Shown here: positions 30,610 through 40,637 of the stretch, piece after piece
Numbering within the stretch: the first letter of the stretch is position 1
How the letters are laid out: every line of letters starts with the position of its first letter
Assembly (NCBI GenBank): GCA_050253415.1
Contig: JBFWJC010000003.1
Location: forward strand, 64,001-128,000
Source: Pedobacter sp.
Lineage (GTDB): Bacteria > Desulfobacterota > Desulfuromonadia > Desulfuromonadales > Syntrophotaleaceae
Length of the DNA: 64,000 nucleotides
Direction: 5' to 3'
Translations under genes and position numbers: made by a program
Notes under the pieces: generated by a model
What the model saw: the letters and a program-made list of their open reading frames with translations, nothing else
Told to the model about the DNA's origin: nothing
Database searches by the model: none

Positions 30610-31404
30610 GTGGCGGAGGCCCTGATGATCTCTGGTTGCCAGCAGAATACCTCTTTTCGACCGGGAATGGTGGTTGCCCTTCCGAGCGAAGCCAAGGCTA
30701 TGCTCGGAAGACGACGATGGTTGATGCATGGTGACCTGGCGCAATGTACCTGCGGTGGTCCGGAAGACGTCAAGATTTTGTGGGTTCGTTGCGGCATGGG
30801 GCCTGAAAAGGCTGCCAGAGCTGCCGCCCTTTTGATTGAGCAAGGCGTTACCCATCTCGGAATTGCCGGTGTATCGGGTGGTCTGGATCCTGATCTGGGC
30901 AGCGGTCAGTTGGTGCTTGCCAGTGAGGTTGTCGACGAGGACGGTAAAAGCTGGCCGGTTGACCCGTCGTTTCAGCGGACCTTGACGGCCTGTTTCGGTA
31001 GGGAAATTCGCAGCGGATCTATTCTGACCACTGCAGAACCGCTTTTGAACGTTGCGCAAAAAAAACTCTGGTTCGAGCGAACCAAAGCTCTGGCGGTCGA
31101 TATGGAAAGTGCTGCGGTCGCACAGATGGCATCCGCTGCTGGGCTGCCGTTCTTTGCCCTGCGGGCCATATGTGACGAAGCAACAAGGTCGGTTCCGGCC
31201 GCTCTTTTTGACTTGGTGGATGATCTGGGACGGCCCAGGCTGTTGAAGCTTATCGGGTCGCTGCTTATGCAACCATCCCTCCTACCTGTTCTGATACGCA
31301 TGCAGGGGGATTTCAGCCGCGCATTGCGGGCGTTGCGATATGGCTGGCAGGTTTGTTGTCGACTGAAACCTGGGCATTTCGATGAAGGGGAGGAACAGGT
31401 ATGA
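30610..31404 (+). CDS. hpnG: Nucleoside phosphorylase family protein, adenosylhopane nucleosidase-like
   Basis: GMGP, GVSGGL, AVDMESAAVA, LRAICD; directly follows hpnH. Confidence 0.75.
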   Translation: MAEALMISGCQQNTSFRPGMVVALPSEAKAMLGRRRWLMHGDLAQCTCGGPEDVKILWVRCGMGPEKAARAAALLIEQGVTHLGIAGVSGGLDPDLGSGQLVLASEVVDEDGKSWPVDPSFQRTLTACFGREIRSGSILTTAEPLLNVAQKKLWFERTKALAVDMESAAVAQMASAAGLPFFALRAICDEATRSVPAALFDLVDDLGRPRLLKLIGSLLMQPSLLPVLIRMQGDFSRALRALRYGWQVCCRLKPGHFDEGEEQV

Positions 31405-31859
31405 CTCAGAAAATCAAGGACGGAGACGTTATCCGCGTACTTTATACCGGACGCTATCTTGACGGGCAGGTGTTCGATACCACCGACAATCGGGCGCCCT
31501 TCACCTTCGTGGTCGGTTCCGGGGCTGTGATCAAGGGGTTCGATGAAGCGGTGCGCGGTATGAAAGCCGGACAGAGCACCCAGGTAACCATTAAGCCGGA
31601 TAAAGGCTACGGCCCCCGTGAAGAAGCTAATGTGGTGGCTATCCCTCGCAGTAGCATGCCTGCCCAGATGAATATGATCCCCGGCATGCAACTCAAATTG
31701 CCCCTGCAGGGGGGTAAAGCGGTAACCGCTACTGTTATTGAAGTTACCGATGAGCATATACGTCTTGATGCCAATCATGTTATGGCTGGCAAAACTCTGG
31801 TATTCGATATTGAAATTGTCGCAACCGGATTGAAACCTACCGACCTGTTCGGTGGGTAA
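31401..31859 (+). CDS. FKBP-type peptidyl-prolyl isomerase (SlyD/SlpA-like)
   Basis: YTGR..DG.VFD, IKGFDEAV, LDANHVMAGKTLVFDIE. Confidence 0.92.
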   Translation: MTQKIKDGDVIRVLYTGRYLDGQVFDTTDNRAPFTFVVGSGAVIKGFDEAVRGMKAGQSTQVTIKPDKGYGPREEANVVAIPRSSMPAQMNMIPGMQLKLPLQGGKAVTATVIEVTDEHIRLDANHVMAGKTLVFDIEIVATGLKPTDLFGG

Positions 31860-32034
31860 CACGATTCATTAAATGTTTTTGGGCTCTGGACATTCTGTCC
31901 GGGCTGAAAGTAAACTCGTATCCATAAGGGAAACGAGCCGTTTCCGGATGGAAACAAACTAGCAACGGGGGTTACAATGTTGTCGCATGCGGCGATGGCA
32001 TTTCTCAACCATCAGACCAAGGAGACGAGGAAAA

Positions 32035-32535
32035 ATGGCAGAAACCATCAAGGCTGGAGATACTATCAGCGTAAATTACACCGGGCGTTTTGAAGACGGC
32101 CAGGTTTTCGATTCTTCCGAAGGGCGTGAACCTCTCAAATTCACTGTAGGCGCCGGTCAGCTCATCAAAGGCTTCGACGATGCCGTCACCGGTCTTAAAC
32201 TCGGTGAGAAAACCACCGTCACCATCGCTCCTGCGGACGGTTATGGCGAGCACCGTGAAGACCTGATCGTCGACATTCCCAAGGCCAATGTGCCTGAGGA
32301 TATGAATGTCGAAATCGGCAAACGTTTTAACCTGCGTGATCAGAGCGGTCGCCCGGTACCTGCCGTGGTTATTGAAATCACGGAAGAAGCCGTACGCCTC
32401 GATGCCAACCATGTCATGGCTGGTAAAACCCTGGTTTTCGACATCGAAGTCGTTGAAACCGGACTGCAAGCCGACGCTCCTGAATCCCATTGCGGCGATG
32501 GCAGCAACGGGTGCCAAGGATGTGGCCAGCATTAA
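32035..32535 (+). CDS. slyD: FKBP-type peptidyl-prolyl isomerase with a Cys/His tail (SlyD-like)
   Basis: Same motifs as the upstream paralogue; C-terminus HCGDGSNGCQGCGQH. Confidence 0.85.
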   Translation: MAETIKAGDTISVNYTGRFEDGQVFDSSEGREPLKFTVGAGQLIKGFDDAVTGLKLGEKTTVTIAPADGYGEHREDLIVDIPKANVPEDMNVEIGKRFNLRDQSGRPVPAVVIEITEEAVRLDANHVMAGKTLVFDIEVVETGLQADAPESHCGDGSNGCQGCGQH

Positions 32536-32560
32536 TCGGCGCCATATATATCAGGTAATC

Positions 32561-32590
32561 AGGGCCAGGTTTTTCCTGGCCCTTTTTTTA
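32561..32590 (+). terminator. Intrinsic terminator
   Basis: AGGGCCAGG-loop-CCTGGCCCT followed by a T-tract. Confidence 0.7.
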
Positions 32591-32775
32591 TTCTGCAAGT
32601 TTGTGCCAGCAGGTAAGTGGTCACAGTTTTTGCGAACTATTTTACTTCAGCCGTTCATTAAAAGTTAAAGCTTTTTGTATACGGGATATATGTGATATGT
32701 AGTCATTATTGTTTGGATGAACTTCTGTCAGTATTCCAGTATGTTATACATTGCTCATGTGTTGAGGCACAGGTT

Positions 32776-35751
32776 ATGGTTGGTTTCCATTCCTTGAGAA
32801 TCCCCAAAGGTTTACGTTTTCTTGGTATAACGGGGTGGCTGGTCGCCGTCACCCTGCTTTGGGCATCCAACTCTGTGGTCGTCGCCTCGGAATCCCCCGC
32901 CAAAAAAATTCTGTATCTGAATTCCTATCATCAGGGCTACCGGTGGAGCGATGACATATCACGCGCCATCAAGCAGGTGTTTCAATCCGAGAAGGATAAA
33001 TCCCGCCTCTTCATAGAATATCTGGACACCAAACGCCGCCAGCCCGGCAACATGGCTGCCCAAGCCCGTCAATACCTGCACGCGAAATATCCGCAGGATT
33101 TTTTCGATCTGATTCTGTGTTCCGATGATGCTGCATTCAATTTTCTGCTGGATTCACGCAACGCGTTGTTCGGTTCGACGCCGGTCGTTTTTTGCGGGGT
33201 CAACTATCTCGACAGGGGGCTGTTAAAAGGTCAGCAGGGTATGGTCGGTATCAGTGAAGAAGCGGAAATCACCGATACCCTCGATCTGGCTTTAAGTCTG
33301 CATCCCGATACCAGACAGATATTTGTTGTCAGCGACCGGACTCAGACCGGTCTTAAAATTCTGAAAAAAATTGAAGAATTGCAGCCTCTTTACAGGCATA
33401 AGGTGTCCTTTGATATCTTGCCGGATACCTCCGCACTGGATCTTGCTATCCGGCTGCGTCAAATTCCATCGCAAAGTCTGGTGCTCTTTTGCCTTTTCAG
33501 TAGGGATGCGGCCGGGCAGTTTTATGAATACGACGAAGTGCTTCCCACGCTGGTTGAAAATTGCCCCGCCCCCATCTACGGTGTTTGGGATTTCAATCTC
33601 GGCCAGGGGATGGTGGGCGGCAAATTACTCACCGGCTATATGCAGGGGCAACAGGTGGCGCATATGGGGCTTAAAATCCTTCATGGTGTGTCTCCCGATT
33701 CGTTGCCTGCGGTAACGGTCACCAAGGGGCAGTATGCTTTCGACATGCGGCAACTCGAGCGGTTCGGCATCGATGTGGACCGTTTGCCGTCCCCCAGTAC
33801 TATTATCAATCAGGAACATCCTCTGTCGATTCGCTATCGCCTTATCCTTTTTGAAAGTCTTTCGGCCATTCTGGTACTGCTAGGGGTGATTTTTCTGTTG
33901 TTGCGCATAATACAACATCGCAAACGCCTGCAGGCGAGACTGGAAGATGCCACGACCCAACTGGAGAAGGAGGTCCGGGCTCGCACAGAACATCTTTCCG
34001 GTGCCAATCGGCAACTGCGTATGGAAATCCTGCAGCGCAACCAGTCGGCGCGTGCCCTCAAAGAGTCCGAACAGGAAAAGACTCTTATTCTCAACAGCTC
34101 ATCCGACTTGATAACGTATCTGGATACCGAGTTCCGTATCCGCTGGGCCAATCGCAAATCTCATGAGCTGGCCGGTCTGCATCCCGGAGATGTCCAGGGG
34201 CAATACTGCTACGAGGTCTGGCATGGCCTCGATGCTCCATGCATAGGGTGCCCGGTGGTCCGCGCGGGAAAATCCGGTCTGCCGCAACATGGCGAAGTTG
34301 TTACGCCGGATGGTAAGATCTGGCTGGTACGGGCATTTCCTTTTCATGACGCACAGGGGCGGGTGACCGGGTTTGCCAGCTTCAGCCTGGACGTCACCGA
34401 ACAGAAACAGGCCCAGCGTGCCATTCATCGCATGGCGTATTATGACCACCTGACCGGGTTACCCAACCGGGCGCTGTTTCAGAAGGAACTCGATCGGCGT
34501 CTGGAGGATGCGGTCGGCAGGGATCACGGCTTGGCTTTGATGTTCCTCGATCTGGACCATTTCAAAGGCGTTAACGATTCGCTGGGGCACGCCAAGGGCG
34601 ATCTTCTGCTACAGCGCATAGCCGAACGTTTGCAGGATTGCCTGGGTAAGGAGGATACCCTGGCGCGATTGAACGGAGATGAATTCATTTTTCTGCTTAC
34701 GGAGGTTGACGATCCGGAAGCTGTCATGGCCGTCGCTGGCCATGTGCAACGCATCATGGCCCAGCCCTTCGATCTCGACGGGGATGAAATCTATGTCGGT
34801 ACCAGTATCGGCATCGCCTGCTACCCGCTGCATGGCGTCGATGCCTCGAATTTGATCAAACGAGCCGATCGCGCCCTGTACGCGGCCAAGGAACGTGGAC
34901 GCAACGCCATCGAACTGTTTTCCGAACAGATCAACGCACGTTTTCATCGCCGTCATCAGCTGGAATCACGCCTGCAGCGTGCCCTGATGAAAGATGAGTT
35001 TTTCCTCGAATATCAGCCTCAGGTTGATTTGCGCAGCGGTCAGGTTATCGGGGTTGAGGCGTTGCTGCGCTGGAAAAATCGGGACCTTGGGTTGATCATG
35101 CCCGATGACTTTATCTCCCTGGCTGAAGAAACCGGATTGATCCGTCCTATCGGCGAGTGGGTGTTGCGCACGGCGTGCCGCGAATACCTGTCCTGGGGAA
35201 ATATCAGTTCCGTACCGGTGCGGCTGTCCGTAAATATATCCGGACAACAGATTAAGCACCCGGACTTTATCCCGATGATCGATGACGTATTGAGGACCAC
35301 CGGCTTTGATGCGCATATGCTGGAACTCGAGATTACCGAAAGTGTCGCCATGGAGGATGTTGAAACCAATATTCGTACTTTCCGCGAGCTGAAGCGCCGG
35401 CGAGTGCAATTGGCCATCGACGATTTCGGTACGGGATATTCATCGTTGAGCTATCTGCGACACTTCCCCATCGATCGCCTTAAAATAGATCGTAAATTCA
35501 TCCGGGATGTTGATGAATGTCCCGACAGCGCCTCGCTGGTCGAAGCGATTATCGGCATGGCGCGTAGCCTGTATCTTGAAATCATCGCCGAAGGCGTGGA
35601 AACCAGCGCACAAGTCGAGTATTTATGGAGGCACGGGTGTCTTCAAGCGCAGGGCTTTTACTTCGGTCGGCCGATGTCGCCGGAATCCCTGATGGAGCTT
35701 TTGCAAAAGCAGGACTTCTCCGATATGGTTGTATCCCTTCCGGTTGTTTGA
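32776..35751 (+). CDS. Membrane sensor: periplasmic binding-protein-like domain + PAS + GGDEF (NGDEF) + EAL
   Basis: LNSYHQGYRWS sensor start, one TM helix, PAS, DHLTGLPNR, ARLNGDEF, GVEALLRW, IDDFGTGYSSL. Confidence 0.9.
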   Translation: MVGFHSLRIPKGLRFLGITGWLVAVTLLWASNSVVVASESPAKKILYLNSYHQGYRWSDDISRAIKQVFQSEKDKSRLFIEYLDTKRRQPGNMAAQARQYLHAKYPQDFFDLILCSDDAAFNFLLDSRNALFGSTPVVFCGVNYLDRGLLKGQQGMVGISEEAEITDTLDLALSLHPDTRQIFVVSDRTQTGLKILKKIEELQPLYRHKVSFDILPDTSALDLAIRLRQIPSQSLVLFCLFSRDAAGQFYEYDEVLPTLVENCPAPIYGVWDFNLGQGMVGGKLLTGYMQGQQVAHMGLKILHGVSPDSLPAVTVTKGQYAFDMRQLERFGIDVDRLPSPSTIINQEHPLSIRYRLILFESLSAILVLLGVIFLLLRIIQHRKRLQARLEDATTQLEKEVRARTEHLSGANRQLRMEILQRNQSARALKESEQEKTLILNSSSDLITYLDTEFRIRWANRKSHELAGLHPGDVQGQYCYEVWHGLDAPCIGCPVVRAGKSGLPQHGEVVTPDGKIWLVRAFPFHDAQGRVTGFASFSLDVTEQKQAQRAIHRMAYYDHLTGLPNRALFQKELDRRLEDAVGRDHGLALMFLDLDHFKGVNDSLGHAKGDLLLQRIAERLQDCLGKEDTLARLNGDEFIFLLTEVDDPEAVMAVAGHVQRIMAQPFDLDGDEIYVGTSIGIACYPLHGVDASNLIKRADRALYAAKERGRNAIELFSEQINARFHRRHQLESRLQRALMKDEFFLEYQPQVDLRSGQVIGVEALLRWKNRDLGLIMPDDFISLAEETGLIRPIGEWVLRTACREYLSWGNISSVPVRLSVNISGQQIKHPDFIPMIDDVLRTTGFDAHMLELEITESVAMEDVETNIRTFRELKRRRVQLAIDDFGTGYSSLSYLRHFPIDRLKIDRKFIRDVDECPDSASLVEAIIGMARSLYLEIIAEGVETSAQVEYLWRHGCLQAQGFYFGRPMSPESLMELLQKQDFSDMVVSLPVV

Positions 35752-36013
35752 GACCGTCTCTTCCTGTTCCAAAGCCGCATGTTCTTTTGGTCCGGCCAAC
35801 AGTAGGGCAGACCTTGGCAACATGGTCCTCCATCGCTATTCCTGTCATTGATCTGCTATAATGATGCCTCGTACGATTCATTTTATCGTCGCTTTACAGC
35901 CGGTTCAGTATTACCGACAGGCTGGTCCACGAAGAATATTTTGGGTCTTGCCTGCCAGGTGAAACGCTGCGACATCCCCGTTTTCGTTTTTTAACTCTCT
36001 AAGGAGATTTCTC

Positions 36014-36562
36014 ATGGCAAAAGATGGTAAGGCGCGTATCGGCATCCTGACAGTCTCCGATCGTGCCAGCAGCGGTGTCTATGAAGACCGTGGCGGCCCG
36101 GCTATCCGTAGCTATTTGGAAGACGTTCTGACTTCGCCCTGGGAAGGCGTCAGTCGCATGGTGCCTGACGAACAGGCCACTATCGAAGATGCCCTGATGG
36201 ATCTGTGCGATCATGCGGCCTGTTGTCTGGTCATTACCACCGGGGGCACCGGTCCGGCTCTGCGCGATGTCACACCCGAAGCGACCGAAGCGGTATGCAA
36301 CAAGATGATGCCCGGTTTCGGGGAACTGATGCGGCAGGTGTCGCTGACCCATGTGCCGACCGCCATCCTTTCGCGGCAGACGGCCGGCATTCGCGGCGGC
36401 AGCCTGATCATCAATTTGCCCGGTCAGCCCAAGGCTATTGCCGAATGCCTCGATGCCGTTTTTGCAGCCGTGCCGTTGTGCGTCGATCTTATTGGCGGAC
36501 CGTATCTCACCACCGACGAACGGCGTATTGTTGCGTTTCGACCCGGTCAAAAACCAGCCTGA
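36014..36562 (+). CDS. mog: Molybdopterin adenylyltransferase
   Basis: TVSDRAS, TTGGTGPALRDVTPEAT, AILSRQ, NLPGQPKAI. Confidence 0.95.
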   Translation: MAKDGKARIGILTVSDRASSGVYEDRGGPAIRSYLEDVLTSPWEGVSRMVPDEQATIEDALMDLCDHAACCLVITTGGTGPALRDVTPEATEAVCNKMMPGFGELMRQVSLTHVPTAILSRQTAGIRGGSLIINLPGQPKAIAECLDAVFAAVPLCVDLIGGPYLTTDERRIVAFRPGQKPA

Positions 36563-36649
36563 TGTCGCTGATGCATGAATTTGAATTAAATGCTGTGCAA
36601 TTCCCTGAGTTGTGGGGGGATGGTGGCTCCGCGTTTTGTGTACTTATGC

Positions 36650-36932
36650 TGCTTTTGCCGTGGCTTCAGGCTTTGGCGAAAACCCTTTGTTGTTGCTGGT
36701 ACCCGCTGCCCTGGCCGCATCCTGTGCCTTCATGCTGCCCGTCGCCACGCCACCCAACGCCATCGTGTTCGGGTCCGGTCGTGTTACCATGATGCAGATG
36801 ATCACGAGCGGTTTCGCGCTTAATCTCATCGGCATTGTGCTGATTACCTTGCTGACCTATAGTCTGGTGGTACCGTTGTTTGATATTGTGTACGGTCAGG
36901 TACCCCTCTGGACAGGTTGCGCAGGCGGATAG
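36650..36932 (+). pseudogene. C-terminal remnant of a DASS/SLC13 transporter
   Basis: ASCAFMLPVATPPNAIVFGSG is the C-terminal DASS motif; only about 90 codons are present. Confidence 0.75.
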
Positions 36933-37010
36933 GCTTGCCTGCAAGGGTGGCAACGTGTATGCTGCCCGTTTTCCGTTGCCTTCTCTTTGCATCATTGAAA
37001 GCTTAATTAT

Positions 37011-39152
37011 ATGAATACCCCCATTCGTTTTTTCGCCACCGCGCCCAAGGGTGTGGAACCGCTCCTCGCAGAGGAATTGCGCCAGCTCGGTGCTCTTGAA
37101 ATCGCCGAGACCCGCGCCGGAGTCGCTTTCCAGGGTACGCTGCAGACCGCTTACCGTGTGTGTCTGTGGTCGCGGCTGGCGAGCCGTATCCTGATGCCTC
37201 TGGCAGAGTTCAGTGCCACTGATCCCGATCATCTTTACGCGGCGGTCGCGGCTATGCCATGGGAGGAACACATGACCCCCGGCGGCACCCTGGTGGTCGA
37301 TGCCCAGGTGCGTCGTTCGGTGATCACCCATTCCCGGTTTGCCGCCCTGCGGATCAAAGACGCCGTGGTTGACCGCTTCCGCGAGCGTTTCGACCAACGG
37401 CCCTCCATCGACCTGGAACGCCCCGACATTCGCCTCAACCTGCATATGGATCGCGATCAGGCGACCCTGAGCCTCGACCTGTCCGGCGACAGCCTGCATC
37501 GGCGCGGTTATCGGGCCGAAGGGGTGCTGGCACCGCTCAAGGAAAATCTTGCCGCCGCCATTTTGCTGCGCGCCGGGTGGCCGGACGTGGCGGCAGGTGG
37601 CGGGGCGCTGGTCGATCCCATGTGCGGCTCGGGCACCCTGGTCATCGAGGCGGCGCTGATGGCCGCCGACTGTGCACCCGGCCTGACCCGGCCCTACTGG
37701 GGATTGACCGGCTGGCTGAAGCATGAGCCCGCGGTGTGGGAGGAACTGATGGATGAGGCCCGGCAACGCCGCGAGGCAGGGCTGTCGAAGCTGCCGGTCA
37801 TGATCGGTTATGACCGTGACCGCAAGGCTATCCGCGCCGCCACCGAGAATGCCCGCATAGCCGGCCTCGAGCAGTACCTGCGCTTCGAGCTGCGGGAGCT
37901 GGATGATTTGACGGAGGTGCCGGGTACCTCCGAAACGCGCGGCCTGCTGGTGACCAACCCCCCTTACGGCGAACGCCTCGGTGAGGTTGCGGAACTGCGT
38001 TTCTTATACGAGACGCTGGGGGAAAAGCTGCGCGCCCATTTCGGCGGCTGGCAAGCCACGGTATTTACCGGCAACCCCGATCTGGCCAAAAATCTCGGCA
38101 TCCGCGCGCACAAGCTGTACAAACTCTATAACGGCGCCCTGGAGTGCCGCCTGCTCAATTTCGACATCGCCGCCGATCGGTTTTTCGGCGCCAATGCCCC
38201 CCAGGCACCGCTGAGCGAAGGGGCGCAGATGTTCGCCAACCGGCTGCGCAAAAACATGAAGCAGCTGCGGCGCTGGCTTAAAAAAGAAAATGTCACCTGT
38301 TACCGTCTTTACGATGCCGACATGCCCGAATACTCGGTGGCTGTCGATATTTACGAAGATCGCGTGCATGTGCAGGAATACCAGGCACCGCCCTCCATCG
38401 ACAGCCGTCAGGCCGAACGCCGCCTGCACGAGGTGATGCGGGTGCTGCCCGAGGTGCTGGAAGTCGAACCCGATGCCATCACCCTCAAGGTGCGCCGCAA
38501 GCAAAAAGGCTCCAGCCAATACCAGAAATTCGACCGTACCGGCGAACGTTTCGAGGTGCGCGAAGGCAACTGCTGGTTCCTGGTCAACCTTACCGACTAT
38601 CTCGATACCGGCCTGTTCCTCGATCATCGCCCGACCCGTTTTATGTTGCAGGCCATGGCCGAGGGTAAAAGCTTCCTCAACCTGTTCGCTTACACCGGCG
38701 CAGCTACCGTGCATGCCGTCAAAGGCGGCGCCGCCACCAGCGTCACCGTCGATATGTCGCGCACCTACCTCGACTGGGCGCAGGACAACCTGCGACTCAA
38801 TCAACTGTCCGGACCGCAGCATCGCTTCGTTTGCGCCGACGTGCTGCAGTACCTCGAGCGGGAGCAGTCCCACTATGATCTGATCTTCCTCGATCCGCCG
38901 ACCTTCTCCACCTCCAAGTCGATGGAAACGACTCTCGATATCCAGCGCGATCATGTGCAGCTGATTCGTCTCGCCGCCGACCTGCTGACCCCGGGCGGGG
39001 TGTTGATCTTCTCCAACAACTTCCGTAAGTTCCGCATGGATTTTGAAGCCCTGCCGGAGTTGGAGATCGAAGACATCACCGCCGCCACCATACCGCACGA
39101 TTTTGCGCGCAACCCGAAGATTCACAACTGCTGGCGGATTATCAGGCGGTAG
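37011..39152 (+). CDS. rlmL: Bifunctional 23S rRNA methyltransferase RlmKL
   Basis: THUMP, LHRRGYR, DPMCGSGT, NPPYGERL, YLDTGLFLDHR, DPPTFS; 713 aa. Confidence 0.95.
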   Translation: MNTPIRFFATAPKGVEPLLAEELRQLGALEIAETRAGVAFQGTLQTAYRVCLWSRLASRILMPLAEFSATDPDHLYAAVAAMPWEEHMTPGGTLVVDAQVRRSVITHSRFAALRIKDAVVDRFRERFDQRPSIDLERPDIRLNLHMDRDQATLSLDLSGDSLHRRGYRAEGVLAPLKENLAAAILLRAGWPDVAAGGGALVDPMCGSGTLVIEAALMAADCAPGLTRPYWGLTGWLKHEPAVWEELMDEARQRREAGLSKLPVMIGYDRDRKAIRAATENARIAGLEQYLRFELRELDDLTEVPGTSETRGLLVTNPPYGERLGEVAELRFLYETLGEKLRAHFGGWQATVFTGNPDLAKNLGIRAHKLYKLYNGALECRLLNFDIAADRFFGANAPQAPLSEGAQMFANRLRKNMKQLRRWLKKENVTCYRLYDADMPEYSVAVDIYEDRVHVQEYQAPPSIDSRQAERRLHEVMRVLPEVLEVEPDAITLKVRRKQKGSSQYQKFDRTGERFEVREGNCWFLVNLTDYLDTGLFLDHRPTRFMLQAMAEGKSFLNLFAYTGAATVHAVKGGAATSVTVDMSRTYLDWAQDNLRLNQLSGPQHRFVCADVLQYLEREQSHYDLIFLDPPTFSTSKSMETTLDIQRDHVQLIRLAADLLTPGGVLIFSNNFRKFRMDFEALPELEIEDITAATIPHDFARNPKIHNCWRIIRR

Positions 39153-39219
39153 GGAAGGGTGGACATCGGGGTAAAAGAATACAATCATACTCGCGCTCGT
39201 TCGCTTCGCTCACTCAAGC

Positions 39220-39246
39220 CACAAAGAACACAAAGGACACAAAGGA
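39220..39246. repeat. Tandem 9-mer CACAAAG(A/G)A x3
   Basis: CACAAAGAA CACAAAGGA CACAAAGGA. Confidence 0.75.
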
Positions 39247-39357
39247 CACCAAAACAGATTTCCTCTGTGACTTGGAGTCTTGAGCGACTGAAAGGAGCGG
39301 GTGCGAGATGGGTTTCTAAATTTTAGCCTTGGTTGTTTAAGGCGAAAGGGGAGGGAT

Positions 39358-40374
39358 TTGAAGCGCATTCTCTGTTGCATGCTTTTAGGTCTGTCCATCC
39401 TGCTGACAGCTTGCGGTGATCGTTATATCGATGACCGTGCCGGGCTGATGAGCGCCGATGAGCAGGGGCGTTTGCGGATCTTTCAGGAAAAATTGCTGCA
39501 GGAACTCGACATCGAGCTTCAGGTGGTGGTGCTCGATGCCAGCCCCGGTGATCTCGACACGACGGCGGTGGAGTTGTTCGATGAGCGCGGCATAGGTAAG
39601 CGAACCAGGGGTGCGCGCGGGGTATTGCTGCTCGTCGATCCGGTCGGGCGACAGGTGCGCATGGAGATCGGCTACGACCTGGAAGGCATTTTCCCCGACG
39701 CTTTTGTCGGTTATATCGAGCAGCGCCAGATGGCGCCCTTTTTCGCCGCCGGGCGGGTCGCTGCCGGTATCGAGGCGACTGTCGAACTGGTAGTTGGCAA
39801 GGCCCTCGGGGCCATCGACGAAGGCAGTTATGCTCCTGACGAGACAGCGGGCGGTCTGGCCCATCTCTCCGGAGGGGCAGGGGCCCGCAGCGCCGTTGGC
39901 ATCGGTGACGGTGCGCCGGCAAAACCGACGCTGGATGATGCCTCCCAGTTCGGTGCCCAGCCATCCCCGCAGCAGACCCTGGCTGTTTACCTGGAAGTGC
40001 TACGCGGGCACATCAAAGATCCAAATCTGGAACTTTATTCCCCTGATACCCGTGATTTTTTCAGCAAATGGCTGGTGACCGACGCGCAGCAGGACAACGA
40101 GCGGCGCAGTCTGGAGGCCCATATCGGGCAGGGGCAGGTCTTGCAACGTGACGGGCGGGCGGTGATCCGCTTTCCGGTTAGCGAGCGCGGCTCGGCACCG
40201 TATTTCCTGGTGCGGGGGGAGGAGGGCTGGATGCTCGATTTCGCCTCTATGTGCAAGCTGGTCGGTTTCAACCACCGCAACCAGTGGCATCTGCGCAGCC
40301 TCGACCATCCCTTTATGTTTGCGTTTGAAGACTGGCAGTTTGATCAGAACGGCTTCCCGCACTCTGAGCAGTAA
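39358..40374 (+). CDS. TPM-domain lipoprotein
   Basis: Lipobox LTAC; GVLLLVD....VRMEIGYDLEGIFPD; GGAG linker. The ORF is open from 39301. Confidence 0.8.
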   Translation: MKRILCCMLLGLSILLTACGDRYIDDRAGLMSADEQGRLRIFQEKLLQELDIELQVVVLDASPGDLDTTAVELFDERGIGKRTRGARGVLLLVDPVGRQVRMEIGYDLEGIFPDAFVGYIEQRQMAPFFAAGRVAAGIEATVELVVGKALGAIDEGSYAPDETAGGLAHLSGGAGARSAVGIGDGAPAKPTLDDASQFGAQPSPQQTLAVYLEVLRGHIKDPNLELYSPDTRDFFSKWLVTDAQQDNERRSLEAHIGQGQVLQRDGRAVIRFPVSERGSAPYFLVRGEEGWMLDFASMCKLVGFNHRNQWHLRSLDHPFMFAFEDWQFDQNGFPHSEQ

Positions 40375-40419
40375 TCCTGCTGTTGAACTTTGGTGTGGAC
40401 AACCAAGCCAAGATCATTC

Positions 40420-40593
40420 TCGCACAAAGCCACAAAGACACTAAGGAAAAGCCATAAATCCTAAGAATGTAATGGTTTAGGTCTTCTTCGTGACTCCGTG
40501 GCTTCGTGCGAAAAATAAGAAGTCGTTTTTGTCGTTTCTTTATTCCAGTTTTTCTTTGCGCCTTTGCGCCTTTGCGCCTTTGCGTCTTTGTGT
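40420..40593. repeat. Octamer-based repeat complex: imperfect inverted repeat plus five CTTTG(C/T)G(C/T) units
   Basis: TCGCACAAAGCCACAAAGACACTAAG pairs imperfectly with CTTCGTGACTCCGTGGCTTCGTGCGA; tandem octamers at 40554-40593. Confidence 0.75.
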
Positions 40594-40637
40594 GAGCAAA
40601 GAATTACCTCGGTTATGGCTTAGAATTCACGTAAATC

